Both the position numbers and the translations under genes were made by a program. From positions 930,001-994,000 of the forward strand of contig JBHGNT010000011.1 of NCBI GenBank assembly GCA_043228905.1: a stretch of 64,000 bases of DNA, written 5' to 3'. Source of the DNA: Azolla caroliniana (taxonomy: Eukaryota > Plantae > Polypodiophyta). Shown piece by piece: positions 35,736 to 49,980 of the stretch. The notes beneath the pieces are model-generated. The model saw only the letters and a program-made list of their open reading frames with translations. It was not told where the DNA came from and searched no databases. Position 1 is the stretch's first letter, and each line of letters opens with the position of its first letter.

Positions 35736-36542
35736 ACCCTACATTGAGTCCATCATGTACTTGAGTTGACGAGGAGTTTGGTCTCCATCGGCATGCTAGT
35801 TGAAGTTGGGTACTAAACAACTCTAAGTGACTTGTTATGGATGATCAACTAAGGAAACATGAAAATCGGGTGTAGATGCAAGCACAATAACCTATATTTG
35901 CTGATGGCGATCAATCCAAAGGGCACGGTGAATGTAGCAGATTTGTCAGAATCGAACTTATGACATGGCTCGCTCAGCCATTCTGTCCCAAGTCGGACTG
36001 GACCGGCTGATGGCGATCAACTACATCCTGAAAGTCCAGTCGAAGAAGGACATCTACGAGCATTGTCATGACGGGAAACAAACCTGAAGTCAACACTCTC
36101 TCCATTACGAGACGGTACCACAACCCCTAGAACTGGTCCACAGAGATATATTATGTGGGTCGATGCTCAAATGTTCACTAAGAGGCTCCCGGTACTTCAT
36201 CACATTCATAGATGATTGTACACGAGAGATCTGGGCCTAATCGATTAGGTCGAAAGACAAAATGCTCAAGGTCTTCTCTCAGTGGTTAGCTGAAGTAGAG
36301 AACCGATCAGGACACTGAGTAAAGACACTCTGGTCCGACAACGGAGGTGAATACACCTCTCGAGCCTTCAAACAATACATGTCCGAAAAAGGGATCCGGC
36401 ATCAAAAGATTGTTCCCTATAACCCCATGCAAAATGGCATGGAAAAATGGATCAATCGTACGATCCAGGAGAGGGTGATGGCAATGCTCGAGCAATCCGA
36501 ACTAAACCTTGAACTCTAGTCCGAAGCATTGCAGATGACAAT
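35736..36542 (+). pseudogene. Ty1/copia integrase fragment
   Basis: LELVHRD...SRYFITFIDDCTR...VKTLWSDNGGEYTS...YNPMQNGME. Confidence 0.85.
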
Positions 36543-38379
36543 TGTGAAAGTGTTTTAAAATTCTAGCTATTGAAGACTAGAAAAATATAAGGTATGGAGC
36601 ATTCACATTTGGAGGGCAAGAACACGAACCAAGATCTTAAGGAGAAATCAAACTAAAAGTAAGAGACACGGAGAAAAGTAAAACACGAAAAAGCGGGTCA
36701 CCTAAAAACTGTTCAAAAAGAAGGGTCATAACCCCTTCGTTTGAAGTCCAAATGTCATGTTCAAATATGGGTTGAAAAGATTGTAGAGTCAGCTATCTTT
36801 AATGTTTTATACTGCTAAATTTGGATCTTGGATGAGAGAGATATGAGAATGAGAAGGTTGTTGTGTCATAGCTAAAAATAGGAGATGAAAAACTTCTATA
36901 AAGAGCGTGAAAAAGAGAGGAAGTGGGGGATAAGAAGATCATAAGAAGTGAGAAGAGGCTTGTTAGAAGTGGGTATGAGAGAAATTAGAAAGAGGCGAGA
37001 AGAAGAATAGGAGGAAAAGAAGGAGATGATGGATGTCATATGGATGAGCTTGCCTAAATAGATGAACTACACATAATTTGTCCTATTCATGTTTCTTGGC
37101 ATTGAGTTTGGCTTATGAATTATCACAAACATTCTACTAACAATCATGAAGGTCAAAGTTGATGGTGTGGTTGGTGTATTCTCAACCATTTGTGGCATGA
37201 CTCTCTTTTCCTGTAGTGATAGGCCTTAATGTGGCTAGGCTTGCTACAATACAACCATTCTCGTTTATTTTGGAGGTATGTTAGACCATTGAAGATACTA
37301 GGTCTTTCATCTAGAGTTCCCTCTTCCATTATTCCCCTCTTATGTATCAAAATTGGGAGTTTGCATTGTGTGACTACCATTACCTATTGTTATATCCTCT
37401 TCCTTAGAGTCAACTATCATCTGATTGGGACTGGAACATTGACGCTCCAAAGCCAAGCAAGATCTTCATATCAACAAGATTGTTTTTGCCAATACATCGA
37501 TTAGAGATCTAAGAATGATGGTAGTGTTTCTCAAGTGATGATAACAAGCCCCAATAGATCAAACCGTTATGAGAGGCCAGTAAGGCATTGTTGGTCATGT
37601 GTGGGTGTGAACTTAGAAGAAAAGCCATAATGTACATAACTAGGATATAGCCTAGGTTTAAAAATATAGGAACTTTATATAGAAAGGTTACCCAATAAAG
37701 AGGAAAGTCATTGTTGGTCAATCAACTATTGGATCTAAGTTTATGGCTAGACAATGGGATAACAATCTCCCTAAGACATATAAATATATGGATTTTTGTA
37801 TCAAGAAATGGATGTGTATGCAAAAAGCTTTTACATTTGTACAACACTTGTCTTCATATTTTGTATCATACTTTGATTATTTTTAGTCTTCTATTGTGCC
37901 CCTAGCTTCATTTTGTGTATGCCTCTGTATGTGTTACTATAAACAATGAACTAAGAATATTGGATAGTTAATCAGTTAATGTGTGAACCATTAGAATGGG
38001 GAACTAACTAACTAGTGACATTCAAATGTGTTTGTAATACCAAATTTAGGATAGACGCAAGCCTTGTTGGGTCAGGATTCCTCCTGAGAGTAGTATTGGT
38101 CATCTAGGTTGGTGAGTGGTAGAGCATGAGCACTCAGGAGAGAGGTAAAATACAAGTGGTTTGAGTTGATAATGTGATCTTGTAATTGGCCCTTATGATC
38201 CTCTCGGTTCTACCATGCATACTATAAGTAGACTAAGTGTGTAGCATGTATAAGTATTGTACAAGCATTGAGATTGGAAGGACAAAAATTGTGAGGCAAC
38301 ATAATCACACTAAATGTTGTGGCCTAGACCCAAGAAGGGCCATTAACAAGCATAGCTCCATCTCATCCTTGTTCATGTT

Positions 38380-39478
38380 CACATCGATCTAAGCAATAGA
38401 GTTGCACAATTACCTTATCTTGAGGGTTTGGGCATCGACAAGCATACCCCTTTGTTGCATGTGGTTCAAGTCATATTGGAATTGAAGGTTGTGTTGCTCA
38501 GAATAATCTTCTTTAGGTTTCCCATGGTTTCTTTGAAATGTCATATGTAGCCAAGCATTATAATATGCATAAAACTATCCAATGAATACATAACGTGGCT
38601 TTCACCTTATTTCCATTTTGCATAGTTCATGTGCATCATATAGAACATGTCAAGATCGTCTTCAATGTAACCCCAATACCCTTGTCCTATGACGTATTGG
38701 AGCATCATGTATCTCAATGATACAAGGTTACTTTGATCAAGCTTCTCACTAAGGACAGAGCTACCCATTTGCTTGTTCATTGTGGGATGAATTTTTTATT
38801 ATTATCTCATTTTCTTGGTCCTTTTTCCTAACCATGAATGATGGTGGGCTTCTTTCATGTGTGAGCTATGTTGCCACACTACTATATACACGGGTGAACA
38901 CGTTGACACCTATGAACTAGTTCTTCTTGAACAACAATGTCAAGGAGCAACATAATAGAAACAAGTGCCCAAACAATATTGATGGTTAACCCTCACATTG
39001 TGATACTGTATAAAGATTTAGAGAACAAGATAGATAGTCCTCACGTAGAGGAAATAGATACATATATGTGTGTATGCTATATCATAAAAATATAACTTAT
39101 ATTATGGTCATTGAAATATGACCTATAGGACCAAAATCGAATAATTTTTTAGTATATGGAAAAGACAAGAACTTGTATTAGAAAATAAATGGGAGATTCC
39201 AATGATAGGATACTCCTAATCAAATGCTTATGAATCCAACACAACTTTATACAAGAGGGGGCCTTGGTTTATGTAGGACTTCTATGCAAATACACATAGA
39301 AGTTGGGGTCAATTTTGCAATGATATGAGGTTGATTGAAATATCTAAAGCGTCCATTTCATTCAATGCCAAGTCATCTTCCATTCATTAAGTAAATGGGG
39401 GAAGGACTTTAACATACAAGTGTACCCCAAGGTGTGTATTCAAACATGAACTACATGGTTGAGCTTGGTATCTCTACA
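38380..39478 (-). mobile_element. Old copia remnant: decayed 5' LTR, PBS and gag start
   Basis: The minus strand reads QMGSSVLSEKLDQSNLVSLRYMMLQYVIGQGYWG, homologous to copia 1 gag. A decayed PBS lies near 39000 and an LTR-start motif CAAGCTCAAC near 39458-39467. Confidence 0.6.
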
Positions 39479-41868
39479 CTTAATGTGTGTGGATGAAGAA
39501 CCCCTATTAATAATAAACAAACAAAATGTCCATTAACCATGAAACCTAATCTTTTAAAAACCTTGCTACTAACTTAAAAAAGTTTATAGACATTTTATAA
39601 GTTGAATTCTAAAAATTCTGCTATGGTATGCAATATGCTCATAAGCCATCACAATATCAAAGTTGCATCTCATTAAGGTAAAGTCTTTTATGTGTTTGAG
39701 AATATTTTCATTTGATGGATAAAAAGTTCCTCTTTCAACTTGAATTTTTGCATAAGACTGAAGCTCATATTTTATAATAAGTCCATAATCATGAATAATG
39801 CATCAATCTCCCAATAACTGCGACATGTTTTTCATTGTATGCTCACTATAGACAATATAAAGCTTCAACTGCCAAGAAATCACAACCCACACCTACAGCA
39901 CATCCCATATAGAGGGGATCAATTATCCATCCATGATTCGGATGTTTTATGTTGCAATTATCGAAGATTTTATTTTAGTGATGCTATGCATATGTAAGTG
40001 CATACAGGATGGACCTTAATTATTAGAATATTTTGGATATAATAATTTCCTTCTATTTGTAAACTTTAGTATAAACTATAAGCACACATAAAATGTGTAC
40101 GCCGTACGATACACAAAATTACACATCCACTATTATATTGATCCTCATGAAAACCTTCACTATAGGTCTAATGTCTAACCAACCTGTAACCAAACAAAAA
40201 GTTTTTTTCCAAAATAAAAAACTCTAAATATAATAATTCAACAACTCTAGTAACTCTAAAATTCATAAGTGGGGATGTGGTAGCAACCATGAAGTGAACT
40301 CATTGGTAACTCCTTAAAAGGTACCAAGCAAAGAGAACATGGGTTTTGAATATTTGTAAAGTTGTGACTGCTAGGTGTAAAAGGAATTTTACACATGTTA
40401 CACTTTCACAATGTGGATCATTGGCTTCAAACCACAACCTTAATGTTGTTTCGCATATCTAAATTTGAATTTAATAGGGTAAGTGCGTCGTCAATGGTCA
40501 CTAAACAACAATTCGTTCAATCGGTTGTTAAGGCCATAAGTCAATTGCATAATTCTTTAAAGGCAACTTGTTCACATGGCTTTCACAAGTATTGCCTACT
40601 TCTGCGATGTTATTCCAAGGAGATCACAAGCGTGTGACGGTTTTTAAAATTTAAATGTTTTTAATGTTTATGCGACAAAGAAATGTAAAGCATGATCATA
40701 AAAAATAAACAATAAAAAAGGAGAGAATGTAGTAGTTGGAACCAGGTGAAGTTTCGAGGTTGTGTGCACGATGTCTTCTTTTTTCAATTCATTTGTTTCA
40801 GTGTTCATCATGGACATACACTTTGCCAAAAGTGACATAAGACGATAATATAGAGGAGGGTTGATGCATGAAAAACCCTTCCAAGCTATATATGTAGTTT
40901 CGATGATTCTTTCTTGTTTAGTCCTCCGAACGCACACATGTGAAAAGTTTCACCTTGACCCCATGCAAAATAATACATAGTGCCCAATGATTGAGCACAC
41001 TGATGTTCAATCATATTTCCTCACATAGGCATGAAACTCAGCGATTTCCTCAAAACATAAAAACATCAAAACATCAAAAGCATCGAGAGATTTCCATCAA
41101 TGAGAACAAAAGGAACTCATGTTTTCAATCCGAGGTACAAGAGAAGTCATGACCATGAAGGTTGGGTAAACAACAAACCAATGCTTTACATATATGCTAG
41201 TTGAGAGAACATCATTTGCAATAGTTATATAGTGCTTTGCTTACCCCGCCTAATGCCAACAAGATTCCTGCACTCCTTTTCAATCGATTAATACAGTACT
41301 TCCTTGCATTCCTCCTTTTGTCAAAGTTTGCCTTTGGATCCTCCTCAACAAATAGCACGCGCAAATACTAAGAAAAAAACACAAAGAAAAACATGCAGGT
41401 GCTTGAAAAATCTACCTTCCTTAAACTGTTAGGTCAGCAATAACCTAGAAAATGTCTCATTCATAATAATAGTAAAAAATGGCGAACACGAATATGTACA
41501 ACTCATGTACCACATCCTAACATTCACTCGAAAGGGCTTTGAGGAGGGGCTACAGAACCAATGAGTTGTGGTGGTGGTATACACTACAAAATCTTGTTGA
41601 GTAATGGAATGTGCAAACCCCCCCTAAAATCTTGTTCTACTTAATAACATGCTTCCTTGGCTCTTCTAAACCAATTCTACTCAAACTTAAAGAATTTGCC
41701 TCAACAAATACGAGGCGCCATGGAGTGCTCCCGTGCTAGAAATAACATACTTCCAATCCAAATAAGCCGACAAACACAAAGAAGCAAACCATGGCATATC
41801 AACTTGTAACCCGATCTCAAAGGGCATTCTCATGGTCATCAATTAAGTACATAAGGTTAGCCAAAACC

Positions 41869-42642
41869 TCAAAGCTCATATTCATGGTCATCAAATGCAT
41901 AAGTTCGTTTCCGGTTCTTCTTCGGCTCCACCTCGTTGAGCTTCTCTTCGAGTATCTTGACCCTCGCCAGAAGCAATGCCTCGGATTGACGAAGAGAACT
42001 CACTTCAGAAACCAATCCCGATGTTCTCTCCTTTTCCCATTGCATCATCTTCGAGAGCTCTTGCAGAAGGTTATTCAGACTCTCTTGTTTCCGTTGTAAC
42101 GAATCAGCATGCTGCATTAGCAGATCAGTGGTCGATAATGAGCCATCGCTCAAATCGCGATGAGGTTTAGAATTGAAGGCCCGTTCTTCTACCAAATGGA
42201 TTCGTTCTTTGAGGAAATTCACTGAGATTTGAAGGAGCCGAATCTCGTGTTCCATTTTTAGGATTCTCTCCCTCTCCATTTGCAACATTCGTTGAAGCTC
42301 GAGAACTACAGGTTCAAGAGCTCGGGAATTGGTATCCCAAGAGAAGGAAGCTTTTTCCGCCACAAGAGCACCCGAGGAGAAACGTGGTATTTGTTGTGTT
42401 TCTTGTTGATGTTGTGGTTGAGTTGGTTGATGATTTGTCGGGGGAGGGCCGGATGAACTCTTCTTGAAAAAGAAATTGATCACTATTTTCTTACTTACTT
42501 GAGGCAACAACCTGCCTAAGGGGGATAAGGAAGGGAGAAAAATGACACAAAAGAGACTAAACATGAAGAAGATCAGCAGATATGTCGGGGATGAAGTTTG
42601 CTGTTGAGCACGTCGGGATCCATTGCTAGGCGTGCGGTTCAT
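41869..42642 (-). CDS. Probable host gene: N-terminal transmembrane anchor plus coiled-coil protein, 257 aa, function unknown
   Basis: Intact ORF in non-TE sequence, first in-frame ATG at 42642. Hydrophobic stretch YLLIFFMFSLFCVIFLPSL, P/Q linker and two heptad-rich segments. CT-rich leader-like sequence at about 43590-43720 on the minus strand. Confidence 0.65.
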   Translation of the reverse strand: MNRTPSNGSRRAQQQTSSPTYLLIFFMFSLFCVIFLPSLSPLGRLLPQVSKKIVINFFFKKSSSGPPPTNHQPTQPQHQQETQQIPRFSSGALVAEKASFSWDTNSRALEPVVLELQRMLQMERERILKMEHEIRLLQISVNFLKERIHLVEERAFNSKPHRDLSDGSLSTTDLLMQHADSLQRKQESLNNLLQELSKMMQWEKERTSGLVSEVSSLRQSEALLLARVKILEEKLNEVEPKKNRKRTYAFDDHEYEL

Positions 42643-43435
42643 GCTCTCTTCCACATCCACATCCACATCCACAACCACAACCACATGATGATGATGATAT
42701 GGTTTGAATTGAGTACAAATTTTTCATTAAAAACATTCACCAGATCATAAAGACCTCACATAAATAGGCCATGGTTTCTTGAATCTCTTTTCATATCCAC
42801 ACAATCATATGCTTCTCCACAAATCCAGAGCAACTTTCACCGAATCAACGATAAACCCAAGAGAAAACACCATCACTTCATGCTCTAGAACCATATCCAT
42901 CATGAAGACAAAGCTTTACAAAGGAGAAAAGAACTTCACCACACCATCAAGAAACCCACATGATAAATCCATGGGTTTTCATACTAGTATTGCCCATGTC
43001 CACATGGAAATGGTCTTGCAAATGAATCAAAAAGCTTTGATCATATTACGAATTGTAGTTTCTGTTGAGATGTAGACAAGAACAAATGGGTCCAAGAATG
43101 CTCTCTCCAGTAACGTACATTGGAATCAATTAGTCAGACAGATTCATCAAACCATGGAGGGAAACCCTGGAAACAAAACTGGGTTTCGGCCAAGGAACCA
43201 AAAAACATTTACAAAAAGGGATGCTAAGCCAATCAAATTTGCACCACACGAGATGCTCTCTTCTTGTCTATGTATATGATGACATCAATAGTGCAAAAAA
43301 TGCATCAGAAAAAAGAAAACTGTATGCATATACCTCTGAATAGCGCTCAAAAGAGAAAAAACCCTAGAAGAAAAAAGGAAGTAAAATCCCTACGAAATCA
43401 ATTTTCTGAACGCTGTAGAGGATAAGATCTTTTAC

Positions 43436-43458
43436 ATATATATATATATATATATATA
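43436..43458. repeat. (TA)n microsatellite
   Basis: Direct observation. Confidence 0.9.
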
Positions 43459-43959
43459 AATCTGTAGCTCAAAAGCCAATACATATAGCTTAAAATGAAA
43501 AAGAGAGCCCTCTACAGAAGGAGTTACATATGTATGAGCTCTGTTTTCAGATCTGAGTAGTGTATCTTGTTTCCATGGATGAATTGCAGTGAAAATGAAG
43601 AGGAAAACTGAGAGAGAGAATGGAAGTGAGGGGCAGGCAGGAGGCGTAAAGAGAGGGCAAAAGATGGAATTACAGAGACGCAAAGCAAAAACAAAGAAAA
43701 CAGAGTAAAAAGTAGGAAGCCCAATTATTGGACGCTTTCACACTATGCCACGAGACATTGCAGAAAGACTATAGAATATCGCCCCCTGAAGACTATGGCT
43801 CGTTGTGTGCCCCAGAAGAAGAAGAAAGCAAATCCATGCATCCTATTGATTCGTTATTGTGCGATACAACACTTGATCGATGCCCGAGAACAATGTGAAT
43901 GTATGTGCATGTAGCATAGATTTACCAGTTTCAATGTGAGCATGTGTGGGCAAGTGCGA

Positions 43960-44022
43960 GTGTGTGTGTGTGCTTGTGCATGTGTGTGTGTGTGTGTGTG
44001 TGTGTACGTGTGCATGTGTGTG
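43960..44022. repeat. Imperfect (TG)n microsatellite
   Basis: Direct observation. Confidence 0.9.
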
Positions 44023-45899
44023 TCGGGAACATCTTCGTGTTTTGCACTCTTAGAAGGGAATCCACAATGATTGATTGATTTGTCCTCGCACACTTGCCAA
44101 AAAATGATAGTTGATCAAGAACATTATGTGGCTTGAGTATCTGGTCATATATCTTCGTGTCTTGCTTTACTCTTAAGGAACCCCACATTGGTTGGTTGAA
44201 TGTCTTCGGGTCTTGATTGCCCAGAAGGAATAGGTTCCTCATATCGGTTGATCGGACATCTTCGTGTATTGCTTACTTATAAGGAGATCCATATTGATTT
44301 ATGTGGGTGCTCGTACAAGATCCTTGATCGTCGATGTTAATGATCGATGTGGCACAATCTTACTGGGCACAAGATTCTTGATTGCTGATGTTAATGAAAG
44401 TGTCACGCAAATCTGTTGAGCACAAAGAGAATGTAGGATAAGCATCGTAGTGTGTTTGGCATGTTGAGCATACACCCAAAGTTAATTGGGTAGATTTGCA
44501 ATGAATCACAAGAGCATGCCTAATTAGTAGCAATGACTTTTTCAACTGACCAGTTTATTTGGGATTTTCCCTGGGATGATAACCCAAAACTTCTTTCCTA
44601 GATATGCCATCTCCATTTTGGGTAGTGGTTCCAGAGGGTTACATGATTGCCTTGCTACCTCTTTTCTTACCTTTGTCCCCTTCACATTTCTTTTACTTTA
44701 TGGGTATTCTTCTTTCACGGCTTCTCAAAAATTTGCATTCTTTCTCTCCGGATTGAACCAAGTTCCTCTACATAGTTGTATAGTGTACGGAACTCATGTG
44801 TAATATGCTTTTGTCTCATTTGTTTGATTGTGTAACACACTTAAATGATCATATTCTACTTGTTTATTTCATGTATCTTTCTTGTCTTCTGCATAGTGAA
44901 AAACTTCTTAAAATGTTGTGTCAGGTATCAATTGAAAGAGTTATATCATATATATTGTTGTCTTTTAGCAATACGTATGACATTTACCTTTGCAATCAGT
45001 AAATGCATTAGTTACATTTTATATCTAGACAAAATGAAAGGATAAATAAGTATAATAGGGGTAGATATAATGGATGTTCTGATTATGAGTTGGAGGAATG
45101 AACATAATTTTTGTTTTGTCAAATGGTTCTATGACCCGTCGTTATTCAATAATAGTGACATTTTTATGGTGGAAATGAAAAAGTATGAACCTTGCTATTA
45201 TATATCAATCAACGTTTACAACATAGAAAAGCCAAAAAGGGAAGCAAGAGCTCTAACTATATTATGTGAGGCAATTTATAACATATTTTTAGAGGCAAAT
45301 TACAATAAGCAATCGAAATGGTGTTCAATTTGTTGGTATTAACAAGTCCTTCAACAATTATAACACTTATATATATATTTAGTAGAATGTACGTACAAAA
45401 TGGGAGAATATGACCAATGAGACAAAAAATAGCGTTTTCAAGCAATACAAATAAAATGAATAGTGATTCTCAATGTTCAAGAATGTTAATATTGCATGTC
45501 GCAAATTGAGATTGCACATTATGCGATGAGAGAAATTGTGCAAGGATTGGGTTTGGTCGAAGTTGCTTGGAAAGCACAATTGAATGTGATCAAAGGTAGT
45601 GTGATATCCAAACTCCCAAACTTGTTTAGGTCAAAATGTGCACTATCGACCAGTCTTATCACCTATGCCCCAATATCGTATATCATATCAAAGAGAGTGT
45701 GAACTAAACCATATGGAAGAGAAAATTTTTATGGCAAGGAATGGGATGGGATCAGCCATGTATCGATGTGTGTGGTTTATCTGTTGGTGAAGCACATGGT
45801 TTTATAGTTAGGTGCGACATATGTAGCATAATGTGTGAAGTGTGAGCCTCCGAATTTTCCCATGTCATGATACATCAGTGTTGCAAAAGGCCTCATTCA

Positions 45900-46295
45900 T
45901 AAAGGAAGATGCACCATAAAACAAATATTTTGCATGTTATCTCCCAAACCATTTTTCCATGCATCCAACTAGAAGACAATATTTTCCGTCCCTTATGATT
46001 GTAGGAAGTCAATGTGGAGGACTTTTCGAAACCTTAAGCATGTACTTAACAACCTTTTCCATGGACAAGATTTCAATTGGAAGCAATCTTGTGTCAAGAA
46101 GTAAGAAGGTGTATGATATTTGTTTCTTGACTTGGGGAAACTTTTGTCAAAAAATGTTTTTTGGACATTTTCAAACTCTTTTCAATTGGACTTTGGAATG
46201 TTACCACCCATACTTCCACTCCATAGAGAAGCATCAGAGTCACCGGAGTGTCAAAAACATATTTCTTGACGACCCAACATTTAATTTCTCCATCT
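45900..46295 (-). pseudogene. LINE (RTE-like) reverse transcriptase C-terminal fragment
   Basis: KKYVFDTPVTLMLLYGVEVW resembles the LLYGxExW motif of LINE RT thumb regions. Confidence 0.55.
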
Positions 46296-46475
46296 AGTGT
46301 TGCCTTTTGACGGTTGTTTTGACCGTTTTTGGCAAATTTAACCATATATGAAGGTTAATTTAAAAATGAAACCGTCAATCTTGACGGGCATATATTTTAT
46401 AAAAACATAAAAATGAAGGTTTAAATTTTGTTAATACCGTCAAATTTTGCTAAGGCCAAAACAATTGTACATGTA

Positions 46476-47747
46476 CAGTAACCATTCGGTTAAGTGTGTG
46501 CCCACTTAAGTGCTCCATTCTATTAAGTGCGCAATTTATAGAGGTCAAAATCCAGATCAAAAAAATTACATTGTTTCATGATGAAATTATGTCAAGGTGA
46601 TGCCTAGGGCACTTCATGATCATTTCCATGTGCATGTGTGGGGTATCTATAAACATAGAACACATCAAATTCTCCACAACATGGCAAATATTGCATATAC
46701 ACTCTTAGATACTCTGACTGCACCATTGATCTTAGTTACTAAATAATGTGAAGAAAATCAAACCTGGCAAATCATTATCTCTATGTATTTGGCTATGAGT
46801 GAAGTTGCTAAATAAAGGCCTGGCCTAATATGTTAAGAAAATGCTCTTTTCCGTCTCTCAATTCTTTCTCTATTTTAGCTTCTCTCTTCTAAGTTCTCTA
46901 TAATCTATGCATAACAAAAAAATGGCTTCTTTCTTCTTCTGCTTCCGACTGAAGCTATCAGACTATCAAACCTCTCTCTCTTCTTCTTCTTCTTCTTCAT
47001 CTGTTTCTCTTTAATCCATATCTAAGAAAATTTGATGGCTTCTAATTCTTCCGATTAGAAGCTTTACAATTATCAATCCTCTCTTCTTCTTCTTCTCCAC
47101 TTCCTCTCTTTCTAAACATAATAGAAATTAATTGATTCAAAATCGTCCGTTTGAAGATCCACTAATCTTTATTAAACATTTTTTCTTCTTCTTTCTTCTC
47201 TTCCTCAGAGGTAATTCTTGTGAGTTGTTGTTCAATGGAGTTTCATAGAAGTTTTACCATACAAGATCCTAACATAATTGTTTGATGGTTGGTTTCTTGA
47301 TCTAGATATTTTGCTGATTTCGAGGAAATCCTTATGCTATTTCCTAGTTTAGTAATGCACGTCTCCATTCTTTGGCCACTAGGTCGTTTTAGTATTTCTA
47401 AGCAAATGACATAGATGATGTTTATCTAAAACATTTGCATTATGAAGTTTATTTAAAAAACAAGCATTTTATATACATTTAATTGTTTCTAATTACACAG
47501 AGCTTACATAGAGCCGACTTGTCACTTCATCACTACAAAACCATACATACTTGATCTGCAACAAATCATTGTTTCTACTCAAGAAAGTCTGATGGTTGTA
47601 ACAGAATTAGATGAGGAAAACAATTTGGGAAAAATTTTCAATTAAAAAAGCCCTAAAATTTTTGGGGAAAAAAATTTCGAATAAAAAAGCCCTAAGTGCA
47701 CACTTCTTCCTTCCGTTCAAAGTGTGCACTTAACCGAATGGTTACTG
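46476..47747. mobile_element. Non-autonomous Tc1/mariner (pogo-like) element
   Basis: Perfect 21-bp TIR CAGTAACCATTCGGTTAAGTG with TA on both flanks (46474-46475, 47748-47749). No transposase ORF. Confidence 0.9.
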
Positions 47748-47819
47748 TATTAGTAGTTACAAATTACAATTCATAGGCTATAGCATATAGTATAGGCTAT
47801 CGCCACATACTAAGAATGA

Positions 47820-48390
47820 TGTGATTTGGGTGTGCCACTAGAGGTGCCTAAGCAACATGATTATATATCTTATACTAGTAGATATGGAGGATATGAATTT
47901 TTGGTTGCCTTTGGGAAATATCTTCTAGAAATTCAAAGGTCAAACCTAACAAATTCCCTATCTACTCTTTGATGTTAGATGAAAGTACTGACAATGGATT
48001 AGAGTTGCACCTCATTGTGTATATTACATATTTGCAATGTGGTGGTTGTGGGCCTAAGGAATTTGAATATATGGGTTTGTTGAAAATTCCCAATCGTAAA
48101 GGTAGAACTATATATGAAGTTTGAACATATATTAACCATATTAGGCAATCGATGCCTCAACATGAACAAGTTGATTAGATTAGCCACTGATGATGCGTCA
48201 TCAACGATTGATAGTGAAATTGGAACCATAACATTAATGAAAAATAATATCCCAAATTTGGTTGGTGTACATTGTATTGCTCATAGAGAAGCATTGGTTA
48301 TTTTAGATGTATCTAGAGATATCCGTGAGCTCATTCTTGTAGAAAAAATTGCAAATAAGATATATGCATGGGCTAACAATAGTACCAAAC
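47820..48390 (+). pseudogene. hAT transposase fragment
   Basis: YSLMLDESTD, LATDDASS and LVGVHCIAHREAL (CxxH motif). Confidence 0.85.
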
Positions 48391-48519
48391 ACAAAAGAGT
48401 AAAAACGAACAGCAGGAGGTTGCACGAACAACAGGAGGAGCTCGTCGGGAGGCTGCACGAACAACAGCTTCAAACCCTCTTGCCAAAAAGGGGACGCAGG
48501 TATGTGAGGATCAAACCTC

Positions 48520-49741
48520 TAATGCTTATGATGATGATCTAGAACAGGGGATAGAGGGGATGAATAAGTTAGGTGATGACTTAATGCAAGCTATGGGAAC
48601 CTTCGATCTCTCCCCGGAAGAAGAATGCATCATGGAGAGTGAAATAGTAAGACTTAGACAGGAATCATTTGTGGTGAAAGTGGTGGGTAGTCGATCGAAT
48701 CGCCCGTTGTTGCGTGGTTGGTTGCTGCAAAGTTGCCTGCAAGAAAACCTTGGAAGAATGAAGGACATCAAATTTATGGGAAAGGGGTTTTACCACGTTA
48801 CTGTGATGCCTAAAACGAATATATGCAAAATTATCGAGAGCAGTCCGTTGACATGGCACAATGCAAGAGCATATGTATTGAAATGGGATGTAAACTTCGA
48901 CGTGTGTAAAGCAAATGCTTGTGTAGGAAATCCAGCAGTAATAACGACCTTTTTCCCTAGCTTACGTAAGCAATGGGAGTCCTTTTTCTCCTAGCCATTG
49001 GGAAAAGTATGGGAGGGCAATGTTTGGAAAAAACATTTGCAGAGAGAGTAAGTGAAACGTTGAGGATGAAATTAATTGTCTCTGATGTAAAGGCCTTACC
49101 ACAAACAATGGTGCTAAGCAACAAACTAATGCCTAACCATGTACAACCAGTGGAATATGCCGGACTCCTAGGGCAATGCTTTGTATGTAGACAAATGGGG
49201 CATATGGCTTGAGAATGCCCTAGAGGTAAGGAGATCATGCATTGTAGAAATGGGAAGCATGGATGGAAAAGCCCAACAAGTTTGACACAACAGAAAAATA
49301 TGAGAACAAACCATGCAAATCGGATGAATGAAGATGAATGGAAGTATATGAACCATAAAGGAAAACAAAAAATTATGCTCGGACAAGAATGGCTTCCACT
49401 TAGCAACAAAACAAAAAATTATGCTCGGACAAGAATGGCTTCCACTTAGCAACAAATATGAACTCTTAACCTTAGAGGACAATGAAAACACAACTAATGA
49501 CAAGGAAGCAAGATCAAAGGCACATTTGGAGAGGAACTTTGAGAATGTTATTAATGATATGCAGACATTGCAGCAGGAAGACAATGCGTTAGTGTTTGAA
49601 ACTAATCAGATGCATCAAGAATGTATGGATGAGGCAGGAGAAATAAGAAATCAAAAGGATGCAAGCCCCTTGAAAGAGCAAGATAAGTCGTTAGTGACAA
49701 CCCAACTGTCAGGAATAGTACTAAGACAGAGAAGAAATTAG
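48520..49741 (+). pseudogene. L1-type LINE ORF1 remnant (DUF4283-like region plus CCHC knuckle)
   Basis: FVVKVVGSR...IKFMGKGFYHV...YVLKWDVNFD and PVEYAGLLGQCFVCRQMGHMA*EC. Internal tandem duplication of about 45 bp at 49363-49455. Confidence 0.72.
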
Positions 49742-49787
49742 TAATAAGAGAGGAATATTAGTACTAAGAGGAATAGAGGGTGTAGAA

Positions 49788-49790
<3 letters not shown>

Positions 49791-49822
<32 letters not shown>

Positions 49823-49851
49823 GTGAGTGAGAGAGAGAGATAGAGGGAGAG
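49791..49851. repeat. (GA)n-rich microsatellite
   Basis: Direct observation. Confidence 0.9.
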
Positions 49852-49980
49852 AAAATGATGACCTGGTTTATCTGGATATTGTCGATGGAAGTCTTCAAGA
49901 AGAGCACAAGCATTAGTCACATTCTCTATTGGTTCCCAAGTACGCCGTCGTGAAGATTTTTGGCAATGGTGTGAAAATCA

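Noticed and set aside
36543-38380. Possible old LTR or other repeat
   Set aside because: The composition is LTR-like, but I could not identify paired termini, a TSD, a PBS or a coding motif.
46294-46465. Small hAT-like MITE (TAGTGTTG start, TTGACGG/CCGTCAA motifs)
   Set aside because: No convincing matching right TIR or 8-bp TSD.
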